A stretch of DNA of 24,496 nucleotides from Amoebidium appalachense (lineage: Eukaryota > Protista > Ichthyosporea), in the NCBI GenBank assembly GCA_963693365.1, contig CAVNZM010000059.1:1-24496 (forward strand). Direction: 5' to 3'. The notes beneath the pieces are model-generated. The model searched no databases. It was not told the origin of the DNA and worked only from the letters and a program-made list of their open reading frames with translations. The position numbers and the translations under genes are program-made. Within the stretch, counting starts at the first letter, position 1, and the number at the start of each line of letters is the position of its first letter. This document shows, piece after piece, positions 1 to 9,018 of this stretch.

Positions 1-56
1 TGAATCCGGGGGCCAAGTAAATGCATCCGTGTGAGGCCGGGGGCAACACGTGCTTA

Positions 57-193
57 TATATTTATTTGTATTTCCACTGAGCTTTACAAAATAAATACAT
101 CCGTGGTGGCACACGTGTCTTCTTAATGTAATATATTTATCTGTATTTCCACTGCATAAGTTTTACATAGTATCGAAATACATCCGTTGTGGC
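57..193. repeat. Degenerate direct repeat, 2 copies, AT-rich
   Basis: tatattta(t/tc)tgtatttccactg ... aaatacatccgt(g/t)gtggc occurs at ~57-110 and ~133-193; a related catccgt sits at ~24-30. Confidence 0.5.
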
Positions 194-305
194 TCCCCTC
201 TCCCAAAAAATACACTCGGTTGTTTGTAACCCCCCCCCCCCCCCCAACAATACACCCAGTTTGCTTGCAAAAACTATACCCCAAACACCCCCCACCCACC
301 ACACA

Positions 306-941
306 CTACTTGCTGGGCGCGTGTCTCTTGGGGTCATGCTCGACATCGTCACTGCCTCTCTTACCACCCTTCGGGGTGGTGGTGCGAGGGGTACCCAAAA
401 GCGCGGGGGGGGGTCCCGGAACGACACGGCCGGGAGGGGCAGGGGGCTTTGTTGAGCCGGCCGGGAGGGGCAGGGGGCTTTGTTGAGCCGGCCGGGGGGG
501 AGGGGGCTTGCGGTGGGTCTGGTCGGAGGGGTTGTACACAGAACTCATCGGGTTTTCGTCGATACATGCAGACAGCCTGTCACGCTGAAGCCTGTACTCT
601 TCAGCCGTGGCCCTCACGCTCGCCAACTCGACCTCCCTTGCCTGAAGAGCATCCCGAGTCTCCTTCAGCTGCTGCACAAGCCCCGCTACATTACCGTACC
701 CACGGGACATACGATGGAGCAATTCTTGTGCTTCATTCGCACTCGATGCTGCAGACTCTTGTAGAGCCTCGTTCTGGCGTTGCAGAGCTTCGTTCTGGCG
801 AACAACTTTCCCCGAAACCTTCTCGACGTCGACGGACAACGACTTGAGCTGCTCCTCGACAACATTGACCCGATTGCAAAGCTCGTTCCACATCTCGGGG
901 GTGACACGGAAGGTCTTTTCCCCCCTCACCCCCCTCCCCAC
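306..941 (-). CDS. Hypothetical coiled-coil protein with a Pro-rich, basic C-terminus; the true start may be ATG 975 via a 1-nt frameshift
   Basis: Heptad-like E/Q/L/R-rich run (VEEQLKSL...RQNEALQRQNEALQ...LQAREVEL) and an NLS-like tail (KGGKRG..PKRH). Removing one G from the G6 run (+ strand C920-925) fuses MSEPKSPHSQGGGEGGEG to EKTFRVTPEMW. Confidence 0.6.
   Translation of the reverse strand: MGRGVRGEKTFRVTPEMWNELCNRVNVVEEQLKSLSVDVEKVSGKVVRQNEALQRQNEALQESAASSANEAQELLHRMSRGYGNVAGLVQQLKETRDALQAREVELASVRATAEEYRLQRDRLSACIDENPMSSVYNPSDQTHRKPPPPRPAQQSPLPLPAGSTKPPAPPGRVVPGPPPALLGTPRTTTPKGGKRGSDDVEHDPKRHAPSK
428..509. repeat. 31-bp GC-rich tandem repeat, ~2.6 copies, inside the CDS
   Basis: ggccgggaggggcagggggctttgttgagcc at 428 and 459; degenerate copy at 490. 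Confidence 0.85.
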
Positions 942-1811
942 CCCCTTGACTATGCGGAGACTTGGGCTCTGACATGACTAGTAACGCTCAAAAACAAAAG
1001 AAAGGATTTTCGAGGTGAGAGTGATCGAAATGAGAAACCCCAATCGGTAACGCTTAAGGTTAAGAACAAAAGGGTCAAGAACAAAAGAAAGGAATTTTTG
1101 CCTCGAGTAAGGTTTAGACAGCGTGAAAGGATTTGATCGACAAATGACCCCCAAATCAGTTAGACTGCCTTTTTATAGCCCCAGCTCCAACAGACATCTT
1201 ACTCGCGGATCGAAATGGGGGATCGATTCGGGACGATTGTCCAAATTATGAGTACGTGAATTGGCTTGACTGCTTTTTTTAGGTTTTTTTTTACTTGTAA
1301 TGTTTTTGGCTCAACATGGAAAATAAATTCATAGGGAACAGCGCGAACAGGTACAACTGCATCTTGTTTTGGGTAGCTCTGGCATGGGCTTTCTAGAAGA
1401 TGCGCATGCCCTTGGATTGGTTGGGGCATTTTCACAATTTTAATGCCCCGGTGAAAAGGATTCTTAAAAAACTCATCACAATCAATGCAAAATTCAAGTG
1501 TTTTTCTACATAATTTTATTTATTTCATTCAAGTCTTGTGTACAACGAACAAAAAACATCAACATGGATGCCGTTGCCGCGGGTCATTCGAATATCACCC
1601 CTTTTTGCCCCCCCCTCCGGTGAGATGGCTTTTGAATTATTCCGTTTTTTTTTAACGCCCACTGTCAAAACGATTATAAAAACCCTCTTTTATCACAATC
1701 AAATCTATTAAAATTCAAAATTATACTTCTCTGGATAAGATCATTACAATGAAGTATTAATGATTTTGTTTATACACAATATGTACACAGAAGACCCGCG
1801 AATTCAGGATC

Positions 1812-1894
1812 CTTTTGATTGGCTGGACAGCGATTGGGGTCATGTGTCTTTTTGATTGGTTGGACAGCGATTGAGGTATCTCGTGGATCACGTG
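1812..1894. promoter_or_regulatory. Duplicated CCAAT-box (ATTGG) module plus CACGTG in the divergent promoter region
   Basis: cttttgattgg(c/t)tggacagcgattg(g/a)ggt occurs twice (1812-1840, 1848-1878); CACGTG at 1889-1894; lies between the divergent starts at 975(-) and 2481(+). Confidence 0.45.
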
Positions 1895-2228
1895 AACTTC
1901 TGAGAACTGTCTGGAGGGGGGCAAGGCTTTTCAAAGCAAACATCGATGTGCCTGTAACGCAGTGCCTTCTATTGACGCTGTATTAAGATATATTTATGGA
2001 TAAGTACAGTACACAAAATACACACATACAATAAAAATAATCTCAAATCTTCGCATTGTGGTAGCCTAACTGCAACGGGTATCGGTGGCCGAGACAGTGA
2101 TTGAAATACATATATGTGGGTACACATTTTTGCCCTACTTCGATTACCAATGCTCGAATTATATGACCAAGCGTGCACTTGAACAAACCCGTCGGTTCTA
2201 CAGTCTCTCACTTCCGGCAACAGTCTGT

Positions 2229-2430
2229 CACGTCTTAGCGCTACACATTTTTAGCCACAGCAAAACTTCCTTTTACCCCGAAAGATTTTCTACTACACGT
2301 CTTAGCGCTACACATTTTTAGCCACAGCAAAACTTCCTTTTACCCCGAAAGATTTTCTACTACACGTCTTAGCGCTACACATTTTTAGCCACAGCAAAAC
2401 TTCCTTTTACCCCGACAGATTTTCTACTAC
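2229..2430. repeat. 67-bp tandem repeat x3 just upstream of the demethylase ATG
   Basis: cacgtcttagcgctacacatttttagccacagcaaaacttccttttaccccgaaagattttctacta at 2229, 2296 and 2363. Confidence 0.95.
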
Positions 2431-2480
2431 TCGCTTGCACACAAACCACAATTCGCTCACGCACAAACCATTATATTAAC

Positions 2481-3214
2481 ATGGCCGGTTCCGATTTTCA
2501 AGAATGGCTCGGCACAACACAAGCCTACCCATATGCTAAACGTGCAACTTTTCATTTTTCCACCTCTTTCGATGCACACAACGTTTTTGCACATGGGCGG
2601 GTCCACGCTATAGAACGCATCGTTTTGGTGGGAAACAAAACTGCCGATTATCCTGTCAGGCTCTCCATTCTACACAAGGACGAGCAACACGAAATTCTTA
2701 TGTTTTTCAAAAAAGGCAAGAAAGGAGAGCAGTCAGGCTGGAAAATTAGGGAGGAAAAGTTCATAGCCGGAAAGATACCAGGAAACGTAATGAAAATTCT
2801 GAGACAGGGGGGGAAAGACTGGGAAGTTTACGATTTGGGGGCATATGCCGACATACACAGAAAGACAATCGACTCCGGGTTCACGTTTGCTGCGGGCCCT
2901 GAATACAACGAGGATACCCCTACCCTTGCCAAGTTACTCTACCTTCTCAGAACATGCCCAATACCCGAAAAGGGGGATTCCCTTTCCATAAACGACGACC
3001 CAACACACAGACTCGAACTCAGTCACACAATTCGAACAAACATGACGGACCGTGATTGCGTTCTGTTTTTTGGCGGGGTTCGTTATATCAGACTCCCTTC
3101 TCTCCAGAAGGCTGCCACCTTGTGGGCTGCCAAACGTCTTCGTCTTAACAATTTCTCGGCCAGATTTGCGGCGGTAGCAAGCCCACTATCGAGGCTGGCG
3201 CCGCCTGCAGGTTG

Positions 3215-3252
<38 letters not shown>

Positions 3253-6200
3253 ACACACACACACATGCACACACACACACACACACACATGCACACACAA
3301 AAAGGCATTCGGGCACACACATGCACACACACAAAGGCATTCGGGCACACACATGCACACACAAAAAGGCATTCGGGCACACACATGCACACACACAAAG
3401 GCATTCGGTGACACACATGCACACACAAAAAGGCATTCGGGCACACACATGCACACACACAAAGGCATTCGGGCACACACATGCACACACAAAAAGGCAT
3501 TCGGGCACACACATGCACACACACAAAGGCATTCGGTGACACACATGCACACACAAAAAGGCATTCGGGCACACACATGCACACACACAAAGGCATTCGG
3601 GCACACACATGCACACACAAAAAGGCATTCGGTGACACACATGCACACACAAAAAGGCATTCGGGCACACACATGCACACACACAAAGGCATTCGGGCAC
3701 ACACATGCACACACACAAAGGCATTCGGGCACACACATGCACACACACAAAGGCATTCGGGCACACACATGCACACACACAAAGGCATTCGGGCACACAC
3801 ATGCACACACAAAAAGGCATTCGGTGACACACATGCACACACAAAAAGGCATTCGGGAACACACATGCACACACACAAAGGCATTCGGGCACACACATGC
3901 ACACACAAAAAGGCATTCGGGCACACACATGCACACACACAAAGGCATTCGGGCACACACATGCACACACAAAAAGGCATTCGGGCACACACATGCACAC
4001 ACACAACTCCCAATATTTACACACACCACCCACCACACACAGAGCAGGAAGAGAAGTTCCCAGTCGAACCCCAATCGCCCCGGTCCACGACACCCATCAT
4101 CTCCAGACGTATTCCAACCTTTCGCTTGACACCTGACATATTGGAGAGGTACACACTGGAGCAGTTCCTGTACAAAATCGGCAAGTATGACGACGTGAGG
4201 AGGGCGGGGGCTGCGAGGCTAGTCCTACCCGAGGAGGTGAAGGAGGCACTGGCAGCAGCATCCCAGGAGCTGGATTTGCCCGGCAGACCCCACAACGTAC
4301 AAAATCTGCAGGCAACAGAAAACAAAGACGTATATGCTCTGACGCATGAACTGGACCACGGTAACCTACCGGCCCCACAGGTGTGTTACTTGAGTTTTGG
4401 ATGGAGAGGAAGCCTCACACCTAGCAATGTTTGCATTTACTTGGCCTGCCGAGAGACACTTTTTGCACGCCCCGGCCTCACACTTAGCAATGTTTGCATG
4501 AATTTACTTGGCTTGTTTTTGCACGCCCCGGCCTCACACTTAGCAATGTTTGCGTGATTTTAAAACTTGGCCTGCCGAGAGACACTTTCTGCACGCCCCG
4601 GCCTCGCATGCCCTGACTAAACATTATACTAACATTGCAACCCGTGAATTAGGGCAATGCATCGTTGTCCGAGAGAGAGTTTTGGGACATGCTGGACGAG
4701 CATTGGCCTGAAAGCCGTCCCGAGGAACGGAATCAGTTGGGGAAACCTGTGTTTGAATTCCACTACGCCAACGAGCACAGCATTCCACCTGGCACACGCA
4801 CCCCCAGCGAGGTAAGCGGGCGAAGTTGCTCTGCACACCATTTCAGCACTTGCAACCTCCCCTTTGTGACCCCCAATCCCGCACATTGCATCGTTTGTAT
4901 AGTTGCACCATGCCTCCGGACCGTAGCTATGTAGCTAAGTGCATGCCCATTCAGGTGGTCAGCGAGACCTACAAATGGATGCCCAATTTAAGGACATTGG
5001 ACTCTGTTCTTCATCGCATCCATGAATACCAGCACCTCGACGGGATATGCATTCCCATGTTTTACAAGTACTACCCCCCCCCCCCCCCGAAAAAAAAAAA
5101 ATCCTCACAAGAATTCAGAATAGTTCACTTGCCCGCACAGATTTCCCGTCCTCACTCACCCTCCCGACCTCTAATTTTGAATTGACTACCCCATATCCAC
5201 ACACAAGAATTCAGAATAGTTCACTTGCCCGCACAGATTTCCCGTCCTCACTCACCCTCCCGACCTCTAATTTTGAATTGACTACCCCATATCCACACAA
5301 GAATTCAGAATAGTTCACTTGCCCGCACAGATTTCCCGTCCTCACTCACCCTCCCGACCTCTAATCGAATCGACTTTGTTTCAATCTTTTGCAGGTCCCG
5401 CTATCTTGGTTTGTTCGGCCCACATCCAGAGGATGCTGCCTTCGGCAGTCTCAACCTAATGGTTGACGGTCCGCACGGAAAACACTGGTATTCGATTAGC
5501 CCTGGCAGTCGAGATCGTGTCGAAAGGGTCCTTCGGGATATCCATCCGGATGCAAAGTCCAAGAAGCCGTGCCCTGGGTTCATGATGCATAAGGTAAGCA
5601 GCCAAATTAAGCAAAAGACACGGCACAAAGGCATTCGGGCACACACATGCACACACACGACACAAAGGCATTCGGGCACACACATGCACACACACGGCAC
5701 AAAGGCATTCGGGCACACACATGCACCACACACGGCACAAAGGCATTCGGGCACACACATGCACACACACGGCACAAAGGCATTCGGGCACACACATGCA
5801 CTTAAGCAAACACACGGCACAAAGGCATCGGGCACACACATGCACACACACGGCACAAAGGCATTCGGGCACACACATGCACTTAAGCAAACACACGGCA
5901 CAAAGGCATCGGGCACACACATGAACACCCAAAGGCATTCGGGCACACACATGCACACTATCATGTGCTTACACCCGGGGTGGGACAGAATATTTTTGTG
6001 AACCCGAGGCTGTTTGAAAAAAGGAGCATCCACGTCTACCATGCAGAGCAAAGGCCGGGCGACCTTATTTACACCCTGCCTGGGGCCTACCACATGGGGT
6101 TCGCCTCTGGCGCCCACCTTGCCGAGGCGGTCAACTTTGCAACTCGTGATTGGTTGGAACATTTGAACGGGAAGGTACCCCCGTTTTGCACATGCCCCGA

Positions 6201-6415
6201 TCGCCAAAACGAGACATTCGAGGTACAACCCCCACACCCCCCCCCCCAAAAAAAAAAAAAACGAGACAATTCGTTGGTCTGAAGGTAGTTGAAACAATCT
6301 ATTGGTATCAAAGTAGTTACACACACACCATTACACCCCCGGTATCAAAGTAGTTTGGGGGATTAACTATTAAGCACCTAATCTATCGGTCTAACAGTGT
6401 AACACACACGCACAC

Positions 6416-6449
<34 letters not shown>

Positions 6450-6599
6450 CACACACACATGCACACACACATGCACACATGCACTTAAGCAAACACACGG
6501 CACAAAGGCATTCGGGCACACACATACACACACACGGCACAAAGGCACCTAATCTATCGGTCTAACAGTGTAACACACACGCACGCACACGCACACACG

Positions 6600-6676
<77 letters not shown>

Positions 6677-6736
6677 CAGCTCGACCTCCCTATTTTGAAA
6701 CGCGAGATGGTGGACTATCGGATGCAGAAGCCGTGA
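2481..6736 (+). CDS. Spliced KDM4/JMJD2-like JmjN+JmjC histone lysine demethylase, ~609 aa. Exons 2481-3210, 4043-4380, 4653-4811, 4955-5067, 5395-5593, 5989-6222, 6680-6736
   Basis: All six GT..AG introns join in phase (1,0,0,2,0,0); spliced length 1830 nt ending in TGA. JmjN: IPTFRLTPD...[11 protein letters not shown]. Linker: [14 protein letters not shown]. JmjC: [92 protein letters not shown]. These match KDM4A H188/E190/H276, N198/K206 and the Zn ligands C234/H240/C306/C308. The last intron/exon is least certain; unspliced, the frame stops at 6282. Confidence 0.88.
3211..4042 (+). other. Spliceosomal intron 1 (phase 1)
   Basis: CAG|GTTGCT ... CACAG|AG; G3210+AG restores Glu and the JmjN frame. 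Confidence 0.8.
3253..4005. repeat. 32-bp CA-rich minisatellite x22 after a C35 tract (intron 1)
   Basis: aaaggcattcgggcacacacatgcacacac(ac/aa) with an exact 32-bp period from 3301 to 3973; variants cggtgac and gggaac. Confidence 0.97.
4381..4652 (+). other. Spliceosomal intron 2 (phase 0), with a degenerate ~56-70 bp tandem repeat at 4413-4606
   Basis: CAG|GTGTGT donor; perfect TACTAAC branch point at 4627-4633; TTAG| acceptor at 4652; cctcacac(c/t)tagcaatgtttgc at 4413, 4476 and 4532. Confidence 0.85.
4812..4954 (+). other. Spliceosomal intron 3 (phase 0)
   Basis: GAG|GTAAGC donor; GCTAAG at ~4934; TTCAG|GTG acceptor; the frames join. Confidence 0.85.
5068..5394 (+). other. Spliceosomal intron 4 (phase 2), with a 94-96 bp tandem repeat x~2.7 at 5106-5365
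   Basis: AA|GTACTA-Cn-An start; CTAAT at 5361; TTTTGCAG|G acceptor; joins PMFYK to [13 protein letters not shown]; unit begins cacaagaattcagaatagttcac. Confidence 0.88.
5594..5988 (+). other. Spliceosomal intron 5 (phase 0), with ~9 copies of a ~37-bp variant of the intron-1 satellite
   Basis: AAG|GTAAGC donor; ACAG|AAT acceptor; joins FMMHK to NIFVNP; aaaggcat core at 5627, 5664, 5701, 5739, 5776, 5821, 5857, 5902 and 5931. Confidence 0.88.
6223..6679 (+). other. Probable spliceosomal intron 6 (phase 0), with (CA)n, one satellite unit and a duplicated ~40-mer
   Basis: GAG|GTACAA-Cn-An start, like intron 4; gcacctaatctatcggtctaacagtgtaacacacacgcac at 6375 and 6545; TACAG| at 6679 gives [22 protein letters not shown]. 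Confidence 0.65.
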
Positions 6737-6754
6737 GGTTGCAATGGCCCGATA

Positions 6755-7144
6755 CGGTGGGGGAAACGTAGTTGTGGTGGTGTGGTGTGGGCAGTAGGCA
6801 CATCTATAGGGTTCGTGGTGGGTGCGGTGGGGAAACGTAGTTGTGGTGGTGTGGTGTGGGCAGTAGGCCACACATTCACATCTATAGGGTTCGTGGTGGG
6901 TGCGGTGGGGAAACGTAGTTGTGGTGGTGTGGTGTGGGCAGTAGGCCACACATTCACATCTATAGGGTTCGTGGTGGGTGCAGTGGGGAAACGTAGTTGT
7001 GGTGGTGTGGTGTGGGCAGTAGGCCACACATTCACATCTATAGGGTTCGTGGTGGGTGCAGTGGGGAAACATAGTTGTGGTGGTGTGGTGTGGGCAGTAG
7101 GCCACACATTCACATCTATAGGATTCATGGTGGGTGCGGTGGGG
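6755..7144. repeat. 78-bp G/T-rich tandem repeat x5; the first unit lacks 9 bp
   Basis: ggaaacgtagttgtggtggtgtggtgtgggcagtaggccacacattcacatctatagggttcgtggtgggtgc with a 78-bp period. Confidence 0.95.
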
Positions 7145-7371
7145 AGAGACGTGGTACAAAGTTTTCATTGTTTCAACAAGTTTTTTTATTATTTTTGTAT
7201 TTAGCTCGATACCAAAAATTTCCGTAATGTTAACTCGAATGTGGTCTGCAAAAATATGTGACGTACCAAATTTTCTTTCCAAGTTTTTATGTGTATTGTA
7301 GTCACCCATAGTGGCGGAGAGACTCCAATAAATATACCAATTCTGCTTTGAATCTGTGACATGTGTGCAAT

Positions 7372-7403
7372 CACACACACACACACACACACACACAAAG
7401 CTC

Positions 7404-7435
<32 letters not shown>

Positions 7436-7444
7436 GCTCAACAC
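7372..7444. repeat. (CA)n microsatellite, two blocks each ending in aaagctcaacac
   Basis: Directly visible. Confidence 0.9.
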
Positions 7445-7731
7445 TTTCTCTCATGATTTTCCGTTTCGGCTGGTAGGGTCTCCGGCTCCATCATCTTCTG
7501 CAGCACGATGGCTGTCTGCCGTTGGTTTTGGGGCACCCACTTCTTGAATCCGCACTTATCCGCAAGCTCTTCGGGCAGGTCTATGTAGCCTTTTTCCGCA
7601 AGCTCTTGTGCGTATGCTCGTTGCTCCATCTGCGTCCGCCGGGCGGTGGCCTCGGTCGGCACAACAGTTGCCTGCACCACGGGTGCCTTGCCGGGCTCCT
7701 CCTTTAGCTTGTACTCCCATCGGTACGCCAT
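7438..7731 (-). CDS. Hypothetical protein, 97 aa
   Basis: ATG start; E/K-rich, protein-like composition; starts 36 bp downstream of the 7768 stop on the same strand. Confidence 0.6.
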   Translation of the reverse strand: MAYRWEYKLKEEPGKAPVVQATVVPTEATARRTQMEQRAYAQELAEKGYIDLPEELADKCGFKKWVPQNQRQTAIVLQKMMEPETLPAETENHERKC

Positions 7732-7767
7732 ACTCTATGCCACAAAAATCTCTTGCCGTGTCAATCC

Positions 7768-8154
7768 TCATGCCCGCTCCTTGATCACCACCGCCGGCGC
7801 ATGTGCACACGTGGGGCACGCCGGGCACTTCTGCTCGGGCGGGCAGTGCTTGCATGCGGGACACTGGGTGCACCGGGTGGGGCTTGCACCGCACACGTGG
7901 CAGCGGGGGCAGTGCGCACACTTGCGGCGGGGCGAGCAGCTGCCGCAGCTGGCACACATCGGGCATGTACCGGGGCACTTGAGCACCGCCAGCCGCCGCC
8001 GCACACGCGGGCTGAACGTGTCCCACAGCACGTAGAGAATGAGCCCGGCGAGCACGGCCAGCAGGATGGGGGAGGGAGGGTTTGTTGTTCGCAAGGCGGA
8101 GAGGGGACGGGGGCGGTAGAAAGGGTGCGCCGGCGTCCATGTTACTCGGTGCAT
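7768..8154 (-). CDS. Small membrane protein with a Cys-rich (CxxC/CPxCP) C-terminal region
   Basis: TM segment ILLAVLAGLILYVLW, then RVRRR, then CPGTCPMCASCGSC..CAHCPRCHVC..CTQCPACKHCPP..CPACPTC. In-frame ATG at 8154; alternatively ATG 8140 with a 1-nt slip in the G5 run at 8068-8072. Confidence 0.7.
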   Translation of the reverse strand: MHRVTWTPAHPFYRPRPLSALRTTNPPSPILLAVLAGLILYVLWDTFSPRVRRRLAVLKCPGTCPMCASCGSCSPRRKCAHCPRCHVCGASPTRCTQCPACKHCPPEQKCPACPTCAHAPAVVIKERA

Positions 8155-8236
8155 GATATAATGCGGTGGTGGGGGTGCGCGAGAGGTGATGGGGGGGGGG
8201 GGACTTTTCTCCGATTGCGGAGTGGGGTTTCCAATC

Positions 8237-8272
<36 letters not shown>

Positions 8273-8314
8273 GAAGGGAAGGGGAGAGGGTTTTCCCGAT
8301 TTTGGGAGGATGTA

Positions 8315-8988
8315 ACGTTGATCAAAATCGGACTTGTGTTGTGGCACTCCGAATAATGGAATAAAACGTTGACCGAATTCGGACTTGTATTAATTGCTAC
8401 CGAGCACGCCGAAAAATGAGATGCAACTTTGACCAAATTCGGACTTGTATTAATTGCTACCGAGCACGCCGAAAAATGAGATGCAACTCTGACCGAATTC
8501 GGACTTGTATTAATTGCTACCGAGCACGCCGAAATATGAGATGCAACTCTGACCGAATTCGGACTTGTATTAATTGCTACCGAGCACGCCGAAATATGAG
8601 ATGCAACTCTGACCGAATTCGGACTTGTATTAATTGCTCCCGAGCACGCCGAAATATGAGATGCAACTCTGACCGAATTCGGACTTGTATTAATTGCTCC
8701 CGAGCACTCCGAATAATGGAATAAAACGTTGACCGAATTCGGACTTGTATTAATTGCTCCCGAGCACTCCGAATAATGGAATAAAACGTTGACCGAATTC
8801 GGACTTGTATTAATTGCTCCCGAGCACTCCGAATAATGGAATAAAACGTTGACCGAATTCGGACTTGTATTAATTGCTCCCGAGCACTCCGAATAATGGA
8901 ATAAAACGTTGACCGAATTCGGACTTGTATTAATTGCTCCCGAGCACTCCGAATAATGGAATAAAACGTTGACCGAATTACTTGTATT
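8315..8988. repeat. 60-bp tandem array: 10 full units in two subtypes plus partial flanks, centred on the palindrome CCGAATTCGG
   Basis: gaccgaattcggacttgtattaattgct at 8371+60n. Units 8371-8670 end ...gccgaaa(a/t)atgagatgcaact(c/t)t; units 8671-8970 end ...tccgaataatggaataaaacgtt. Confidence 0.97.
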
Positions 8989-9018
8989 ATGGTGCTTATC
9001 CATTGAAATGTCTTGGGG

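Noticed and set aside
1199-2321. Short ORFs 1199-1435, 1969-2220 and 2085-2321
   Set aside because: Non-ATG starts, AT-rich promoter or repeat DNA, no motifs
3083-4136. Long His/Thr-rich and Cys/Val-rich ORFs in all six frames, also at 5401-6001
   Set aside because: Translations of stop-free CA-rich satellites lying inside GT-AG introns; the 32-bp unit is not a multiple of 3
6755-7144. Telomeric repeats
   Set aside because: G/T-skewed, but has no short canonical unit such as TTAGGG or TTTAGGG; it is a 78-bp minisatellite
6674-7444. 256-aa His/Cys repeat ORF and overlapping ORFs
   Set aside because: Derived from the 78-bp array and (CA)n; open on both strands; TTG start inside a microsatellite
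8315-8988. CRISPR array (constant palindromic part plus variable part)
   Set aside because: The variable halves come in only two versions repeated five times each, not unique spacers; no cas genes; eukaryotic context
7768-9003. 411-aa ORF with 20-aa repeats
   Set aside because: The N-terminal 283 codons run through the 60-bp array and a G31 tract; only the TM/Cys-rich end looks protein-like. Not fully excluded, since the frame is open from an ATG
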